From NCBI GenBank assembly GCA_024626585.2, contig JANKJI020000002.1:49849888-49869438 (forward strand): a stretch of 19,551 nucleotides of DNA, read 5' to 3'. This document shows, piece by piece, positions 1 to 7,139 of this stretch. This DNA comes from Ginkgo biloba (taxonomy: Eukaryota > Plantae > Ginkgophyta). The notes beneath the pieces are model-generated. The model was not told the origin of the DNA. It saw only the letters and a program-made list of their open reading frames with translations, and ran no database searches. The stretch's first letter is position 1. Every line of letters begins with the position of its first letter. Both the position numbers and the translations under genes were made by a program.

Positions 1-1159
1 AGCAAATTAATTAAAGCAAGAATCCGTAGTTATTTGCATTGGGAGATTTTGACTCGCCCACTGAGATACGGATCAGCACCTATCAATATTCAAGCAGATA
101 CCAAATTCCAACGCATAGGAAAGACCATGTAATCCAAACATCATAAATGAGCACAAAGGTCTGGCAATGCCTTCAAGAATTGTTCCAACTGCTGAAGAAG
201 ATGGTCAAGAATTTTAGAAACACCCATCCCTTAAGATCACCATTATCTACCCACTCAGTAAAACTACAATTATTTGCTAATTAGACCATTCCAAGTTCAC
301 TATGTTAATATTATTTAGGTCCTAAAATTGTTATGCTACTAAACCACATCCACTGTTTGCATAAGAATCTAAAACAACAAATAGTTATACCTACAGATTT
401 TTCCTATACATAGCATTGAACAGCAAACACTGTTAGGTATAAAAAAGTACATTCCAACCAGATTTTCCATTCACATCCACATAAAGCTACAATTTGAACC
501 TTGCAACAAATATTTTGTCAATTTTCTAACTTATGAACACAGAACAGGTGCATTTATTACAAAGAGTTTTCAACTAATCACATTCAGCCTTTTCCTCCAT
601 CACATGCAGAGGCATCAAGTCATGCCTGATGACTGAAATGCATTGTTTGAATCAGATATTGAATATATTACAGTATAATTATGCACAGAATAACTATAAT
701 TTCAGCAAAAGATTCCATAAGAACAAGAGTTCATAAATACCTTCCACATGTTCCCATGGTCAGACATCCTGAATAATAAACACATGGTGTCCTCACAGGA
801 GACTTAGATCCACTTCAGAAAAAAAGAAATCTTCAAAACATCCATACTTATGTTTTACAACATGCTGCCTTGCTTCCAAAATATTTTATAGAGCCATCTG
901 GTGATTTGTTTTTGCTACACGTCACTTGCAAAAGCTGCACACAGATTTCACTACTATCCAGGCTTCTATAGCATCAACCAGCGTGCAGTGGATAGAAGTT
1001 TGTGCCTCCAAGTGTCCAGCCCATCTAAACATTATTATATGTCATGCTTCCAGAAAGACATCTCAGATGGCATGGCAGAAATAAATTTGAAGCAAAGCAG
1101 TCATATACTTCTCAGCTTACAATAGATGTAAATCCACAAAAATGCATATAACGATCCAG

Positions 1160-1450
1160 TTACATAGCACATACGAACTCTCCACTGCTATCAACATCGA
1201 GGTCAGCATCATCATCATTCTCCAGGTCCATTTCATCAAAATCAAGGCTTCCACCAAAGTAATGACCCAGTCCCCCTACTCCTGGTGCAGGGATTCTAGC
1301 TTCAGCAATGATTCGATTAATCTCCTCGACACTCTGAGGAGGGTGGTTTGGATCATCGTATTGATTGCTCGTATCAGCTGCATCCACCAAATCTGCTGGT
1401 AAATTCTTCAAGAACCACTCATGGTTCCGGATATCTGGAATTGTTATTCT
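1160..1450 (-). CDS. SnRK2: SnRK2 exon 9 (96 aa + stop; [21 protein letters not shown], SnRK2 box, acidic ABA box)
   Basis: Acceptor AAACAG|AGAATA; ends [13 protein letters not shown]. Confidence 0.95.
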   Translation of the reverse strand, partial: RITIPDIRNHEWFLKNLPADLVDAADTSNQYDDPNHPPQSVEEINRIIAEARIPAPGVGGLGHYFGGSLDFDEMDLENDDDADLDVDSSGEFVCAM

Positions 1451-4400
1451 CTGTTTGCGATTAGCATCAACAACAATCCAATAAAAGCATCAGTCTGAGA
1501 AGGCTACGATTGAATTCTTCTCAAAACATTTTAAAAACAGAATATAACTTGAAATATTCTGAGACTTGTTTTCAAAAGCAAAGGAGCACTCCTCCCATGA
1601 AGGAAAAGGAACTGACCGTGGCAGGATTTGCAACAAAAATCCTTGCAAGCAAGTGTCGACATTCTATAGAAATTTGAACAGAGTCCGGAATAGAATACTG
1701 CACACTTAGTATGCGCTGCACAACAAAGAAAAGTAAGGAGCTAATTACTGCCTAACCTCCAGAATAGGTTTTGATTTTCAATTTACGACATACGCTAAGC
1801 ATGCCTTTCAACAAAAAAATATTCTGATGCACTTGACCTACAGCAATGTAAGAATTACAAGATTACCCCAATGGTCTTGCAAAAGTTCTTTGGATCCTGA
1901 GGATCCTCAAATGGGTATGCTCCTACTAACATGACATAGAGAGTTACACCACAGGACCAGACATCTGCAATCTGAGTTACCAAAGGCCAATGCAACAATG
2001 AGTAGTTCAAGTCTGGTCAATGGGTCAAAGCCAAACACCATAAAATTAGTTCCCTCATCATCCAACCATACTTCAACTGCTTCGATTACCGCCTCAAATG
2101 GTTCACAAGGAATAACCTCTCACTATGGGAAAAATTTCATCNNNNNNNNNNNNNNNNNNNNNNNNNNNNNNNNNNNNNNNNNNNNNNNNNNNNNNNNNNN
2201 NNNNNNNNNNNNNNNNNNNNNNNNNNNNNNNNNNNNNNNNNTCTGGAGAAACATGAACATAGTCTGGAATTGAATACTGCACGTTCAAAATACGCTGCAG
2301 TACAAACAGAAAAGAATGATAATTAATATTCATGACACTCAAAAAAACCATGAAGCAAGAAATTTTCCTGCAGAAACTACAAAAATTTTCTTGCCTGAAT
2401 TGTCTTTTTAAAATTCCTCGGTTCCTCGGGATCCTCGAATGGATATGCTCCCACTAACATAACATAGAGAGTGACACCACATGACCACACATCTGCAATC
2501 TGAATAAAAAGACCAGACCAATAATCCGTTGAAAACAAAGGATAACAACATTTAGATGCATACAATCCTAGTGCTTAAAGTGGCCATAAAGAAAAATGCT
2601 CTGCCTAGCTTGAAAGTTAAACAATTCAGATCTGCAGACTTGCATAATTTCATTACTGTACAGAAAATGTATTTAAAATGATTCCCTGTTTGCTAAACTT
2701 CAAAACTTTCAACTTTCAAGGATATTCCTCTACTTCTAATTTGAATTTTTCAATCAAGCATTATGGATATCTTGAAAGCTCATTCAAAAGTTTCATATCT
2801 GCAGTTTTACACGATTCATTGTTGCAAAGAAGAGTATTTAAAGTAACTCCTNNNNNNNNNNNNNNNNNNNNNNNNNNNNNNNNNNNNNNNNNNNNNNNNC
2901 TAATCTTAAATTTCCAATCCCACATTATCGGTAAAAGTCCAGCCACAAGTACCTATGCAATGTTTAAAATCTATGATGTTTATTGGACTTCAGAATCTTA
3001 TTCCTTAACATTTAGGGAGAGAAGGCATAATTGATATTTGGGACTACCGCTACACTAACAATACTCAGCATAACAGGATGAGAGGCTCAGCAGGCTTCTT
3101 GCATACTAGAGCAATTGAAATCGGCTGAAGAGGTAGGTCCAGCTTCTTGGACATCAGCAGCGGTGAGCTCAACCGCATATTATGAACCTATGGTTGACCA
3201 TGAAAGCCATTAGCATTGATTCTAGTCTAGTGTATATATCCAAGCTGAGTCATAAGTTCAATGAATCTATTCACTTTTCTGCAATTGAGTCTTTCCAATT
3301 TATATGGGGTTAATCGTCCAGGACTTAGTTACAGCACATTCATTAGGAATGCACAGACCTCCTTCAGGAGGAATATTCATCTAGAGAAGCATTTGTAATT
3401 ATCTTCAGGAGTTCAGCACTAAATGCCCTTAATATTTCCAAACATCTGTAGAATGATGTTTGCTAATTTACTTTATCAATGATTCGGCGATAATTACAGC
3501 ATTTTTATTGCAATCTGTTTTCAACTTGTATGCATAAGCAGGTAGGTTATTTTCACCTAACTAACAGTAAAAGAAGAGAGGAAGACACACAAGTGTGTTG
3601 TATGAAGCCATCCGCAGATGCAATTACTTAGGTATCAGTGCTTGAGGTACAGAACTTGGCAAGAGCAACAGTTGCAACAAAAAAGCTAGGTCACCTGAAA
3701 TTAATTCTCCCAAAAGCAGACACGGAGAATCACTGGTACAGCTCATACATGAGAAGGAAGCCCCTCCCATTGGCATCCAGCCTTCAAGGATGCAGAACAG
3801 TGTACTTCTTGAAACATCATTGTATTTAAATATCGTATCCAGAAGTTTGCTGCGAGCTGAGAAGCCTATGTCGCACCACTTCGGGCAGTGGATACAAAAC
3901 TTGGCAATGAAAGGTTTCTTAGGTATTGCCCATCAGTAGATAGGACATTTGTTGCAAATAAACAACTTACAACACAGGGAATGTAAGAACTGAAAGCAAT
4001 ACTTACACATTCCCATATTCAAGCAACCAACTTTTGGACCCAAACCGACAATCAAAGCATGTGTGCATCTTTCAGTGCAGTGATAAGTAACACGCCATAT
4101 GATCTGACCTTTCAAAGACCCCTTCCCAAGCCATTTGATAGAACCATTGGCAAGTACATGACAGAGCAAGGGGTAATCAATTTTCCGTAAAATTCAAAGC
4201 AGACATACATATCTAATGTCTATTGAGTTTAGAAGTTTGTTTATAATCATGACAGAAAATGAAACAAAGAATTGATTTTAATCAATACCACTTGCCTCAT
4301 CTCTTGTTTAAGATCATTATAGAACAAGAAACAAAAAACTGACTTTTATCGCTATCAGTTTTTAATCCTTGCAACAAAAATAACATAAAGTTCATGCAAT

Positions 4401-7006
4401 AATTGCTGACAATTTAATAATTTCACTTGCACGCAACCATCACTAAGTACAATTTAATCTCTAGATACGTAATGAGGGTGGCAAGAGTAACTAGGCATTT
4501 TGTATCGTATCACTTACCTTGCCATCATATTCTTTCTTTGATAAGACTTCAGGGGCAATGTATGCCGGGGTACCAACAGTTGACTTTGGTTGAGAATGAA
4601 GCAAGGAAGACTGCAAGAAAAGCCATCACTTAAGCTATGTTAAACTTGTCGAAACATACTGCAAAATGTCACATTGGTAACGTCCAAATTTGAAACATAC
4701 ATCCAGGAATACAGAACAAGGAAGAATGAGTTCAATATTGGTCACATGCCATTTCCACAAGCAAAATTTCATNNNNNNNNNNNNNNNNNNNNNNNNNNNN
4801 NNNNNNNNNNNNNNNNNNNNNNNNNNNNNNNNNNNNNNNNNNNNNNNNNNNNNNNNNNNNNNNNNNNNNNNNNNNNNNNNNNNNNNNNNNNNNNNNNNNN
4901 NNNNNNNNNNNNNNNNNNNNNNNNNNNNNNNNNNNNNNNNNNNNNNNNNNNNNNNNNNNNNNNNNNNNNNNNNNNNNNNNNNNNNNNNNNNNNNNNNNNN
5001 NNNNNNNNNNNNNNNNNNNNNNNNNNNNNNNNNNNNNNNNNNNNNNNNNNNNNNNNNNNNNNNNNNNNNNNNNNNNNNNNNNNNNNNNNNNNNNNNNNNN
5101 NNNNNNNNNNNNNNNNNNNNNNNNNNNNNNNNNNNNNNNNNNNNNNNAAACGGGCCTGTAAAACTGAGAAAAAATTGTCAGTGAAAATGATACAAACCAA
5201 CCAGAAAAACTTGTCCGACCTAATGAAGAAGAAATGACCTCATCCTCATTGAAGCGGCCAGCATTACAAATACGCTCAAACAGCTCGCCTCCAGATGCAT
5301 ATTCCATAACAATTGCCAAGTGCGTTGGTGTCAAGATTACCTGCAGTAAATCCATCAGAAATCAGCAGTTTTTGTTACAATTTGCATTCAAAACCATTCA
5401 TTCAGGTAAACAGTCTTCAAGAATAATGTTTATAGAGTCCATTTGCTTGCCTCTTTGAATCTGACAATGTTTGGATGCCGCAACGAGCGATGATTGACAA
5501 TCTCCCTCTGAACATTTTCATCAATCTGTGACACAAAACTTCAAATTAGATACTAAAAGTTGAGACATCCAGTTGGCACCAAACACCACTTCGTTTTCTA
5601 ACTCAGGATTAGTCTAGTTAGAGGCTTGATGAGTACGAATGCAGTTTTCTCAGCAATCTCTTTCATTTCTCTAATTGTTGCTTCAGATTAGAAACTAGAG
5701 ATCAAAAGTCTGGATTTACTCCACTGCACTCTTTGTGTTTCCTGATCGTTACAAATCTGCATCCTACAATGACTATTTTCATTTATTATACACAGAAGTG
5801 GTCCATGTTAGAGACTAGAAGTCTAGAAGAGTAGTTTACCAATCGGCCACTTTGTTTTTCTAAGCACCGTTTCAAACTGAAAACTACCAGTTCCGTTTCT
5901 CCACTGCTCACTTCTTTGTTTCAACAAGCCACTTCAAATTATAGAATAGAAGTCCATAAATCTGATTTTCTCAAATACCCTCTCAGATCTCAAAATGCTT
6001 CAAAATAAGGGCAGAAAGTCATAAAAATCCACTTTTCCTAAGGCATGTTGCTTAAGATTACGATCTAGAAGTTCACATAACCTTCTACCCTTTTCCCCCT
6101 TGTAGCCAGTTTTGTGGTTTTCTTTTGAGTTGCTTACAATTGGGGCTGGAAGTCCAGAAGCCCAGCTTTACTCAATTGCGGCCTTACTGCTTTTCCCAAA
6201 TTACTTTACCTTAAACGCTACGAGTCTACAAACTCAGTTTCCCCACTATCCACTTACTATTTTTCACAGAATTGCCTGCAGGTAGGGATTAAATGCCTAC
6301 AAATCCAATTTTCTACGAATTGCTCCAAGTTCAGAAATCTGGTTTTCCTCACTAACAACATTTTCTCGGCTTCCCTTCAAAACAGAGTCTTCCGGTCTAG
6401 AAATCCCAATTTCCCACAAACCCCACTTCGAAAATTATCATCCAATAGCTGGAATTTGTGGCTACCCCCGCTCAGAAATCCAATTTTGCCAAATAACTTC
6501 TTCAGTTTTTGTCAGAATCCCTTCAAATTAGGAACTGAACGCCCAGAAATTCGGTTTTCCCCACTACACACTGATTTCCCTAATTATTTCTTCGAGTCAA
6601 AGACAAGAAGTACACAAATCCGATTTTCCCCGCTACCAGCTCAATTTTTATGAATATTCCTACAAGTAAAAGGACATTAAGGGCTACAAGTCTAAAAATC
6701 TAGTCTTCCACAGTGCCAATTACCATTTTTTTTCCTCAAAGCCCTCCACTGGCCAAATCCTCGATCTTGTATCACCAAAACCCAAACAAAAAGAAAGCAA
6801 AAATTAAAGAGAATGGTTTAGGAAATAACCTTCTCGCCCCTCTCTATATACTTGACGGCCACCAGATCTCTGGTCTGCTTGTCTCGCATCAACCTTGCCA
6901 CACCGAAATTGCCCGAGCCAATGTCCTTGACGAGTTCGTAGCGATCATTGTCGTGCATAATGGGCATATCCATGGCCGGTCCTAGACCAACAGCGCCTCT
7001 ATCCAT
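1160..7006 (-). CDS. SnRK2: SNF1-related protein kinase 2 (SnRK2), subclass III / OST1-SRK2E-SAPK8-10-like; multi-exon, about 362 aa per isoform, with a duplicated exon 7-8 pair
   Basis: The spliced minus-strand translation gives [95 protein letters not shown], the SnRK2 box [13 protein letters not shown] and the acidic ABA box ending [14 protein letters not shown]. Visible exon sizes match the conserved 9-exon SnRK2 structure and all visible introns are phase 0. The MDMPIMHD N-terminal extension is typical of subclass III. Confidence 0.97.
1617..1715 (-). CDS. SnRK2: SnRK2 exon 8B (99 nt, [33 protein letters not shown])
   Basis: Acceptor TTGTTGTGCAG|CGCATA; donor ACG|GTCAGT; canonical size. 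Confidence 0.92.
1867..1971 (-). CDS. SnRK2: SnRK2 exon 7B (105 nt, [35 protein letters not shown])
   Basis: Acceptor TAACTCAG|ATTGCA; donor GGG|GTAATC; canonical size, no stops. Not present in the supplied ORF track. Confidence 0.92.
2196..2294 (-). CDS. SnRK2: SnRK2 exon 8A ([17 protein letters not shown]..., 3' half hidden in N gap; end inferred from the 99-nt canonical size)
   Basis: Acceptor TTTGTACTGCAG|CGTATT; 53 visible nt (2294-2242) are open and homologous to exon 8B. Confidence 0.8.
2395..2499 (-). CDS. SnRK2: SnRK2 exon 7A (105 nt, [35 protein letters not shown]), GC donor
   Basis: Acceptor TTTTTATTCAG|ATTGCA; donor CAG|GCAAGA; canonical 105-nt size, no stops. Confidence 0.9.
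4518..4610 (-). CDS. SnRK2: SnRK2 exon 6 (93 nt, activation loop [31 protein letters not shown])
   Basis: Acceptor TTGCAG|TCTTCC; donor AAG|GTAAGT; canonical size. Confidence 0.96.
4773..5155 (-). CDS. SnRK2: SnRK2 exon 4 start (AR[F]...), with the rest of exon 4 and all of exon 5 inferred inside the N run 4773-5147
   Basis: TACAG|GCC CGT TT matches the ARFFFQQ start of SnRK2 exon 4. The HRDLKLEN and DFG motifs are not visible and must lie in the gap (inference). Confidence 0.75.
5239..5340 (-). CDS. SnRK2: SnRK2 exon 3 (102 nt, [34 protein letters not shown])
   Basis: Acceptor CTGCAG|GTAATC; donor GAG|GTCATT; canonical size. Confidence 0.95.
5451..5525 (-). CDS. SnRK2: SnRK2 exon 2 (75 nt, [25 protein letters not shown]), GC donor
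   Basis: Acceptor CACAG|ATTGAT; donor GAG|GCAAGC (non-canonical GC); canonical 75-nt size. Confidence 0.93.
5690..6715. repeat. Degenerate tandem repeat (about 70-nt period, 12 or more copies) filling most of SnRK2 intron 1
   Basis: A recurrent + strand motif, approximately CTAGAAGTCYASAAATCCRRTTTTCCCCACTA, near 5946, 6013, 6066, 6145, 6217, 6295, 6327, 6394, 6470, 6541, 6606 and 6683. Confidence 0.75.
6830..7006 (-). CDS. SnRK2: SnRK2 exon 1 (59 aa, [23 protein letters not shown]...IERGEK)
   Basis: ATG at 7006-7004; Gly-rich loop and catalytic Lys motif; donor AAG|GTTATT at 6829. Confidence 0.95.
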
Positions 7007-7040
7007 TCTTAATTTCTCAACAAAATGCGGCCCAAATGTC

Positions 7041-7046
7041 TCACAT
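7041..7046 (-). promoter_or_regulatory. Minimal AUG-UGA uORF 34 nt upstream of the SnRK2 start codon
   Basis: The minus strand reads GAGAATGTGAGAC; inclusion in the 5' UTR is inferred from proximity to the ATG. Confidence 0.4.
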
Positions 7047-7132
7047 TCTCAAGCAGATGGGGCCAGAGATCCGATCCAGAAGGAAAATATGAGCAAATAT
7101 CAAGTAAAAATATGATCCGATGGAAAAGATGA

Positions 7133-7139
7133 ACGTGGC
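7133..7139 (+). promoter_or_regulatory. ABRE core ACGTGGC about 130 nt upstream of the ATG
   Basis: Exact match to the ABA-responsive element core; a single copy, function unproven. Confidence 0.3.

Noticed and set aside
140-195. Minus-strand FLKALPDL resembling exon 9 FLKNLPADL (alternative last exon?)
   Set aside because: Only a 9-nt match, no RIT..HEW context, and a stop a few codons later.
901-1402. Plus-strand ORFs 901-1125 and 1142-1402 (also 5234-5458 and 6713-6985)
   Set aside because: Antisense shadows of SnRK2 exons or UTR, with no recognisable protein features.
2142-2241. Explaining the exon 7-8 duplication as a haplotype or assembly duplicate across the 100-N gap
   Set aside because: The copies differ by 18% in exon 7 and have largely unalignable introns (100 versus 151 nt), far beyond allelic divergence. 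A two-paralogue join cannot be fully excluded and is kept as the refutation test.
3445-3516. Possible decayed third copy of exon 7 (CAG|ATTGCA...TGCTGTAATTATC...AGCAAACATCATT)
   Set aside because: Only scattered short matches needing several gaps; not distinguishable from chance.
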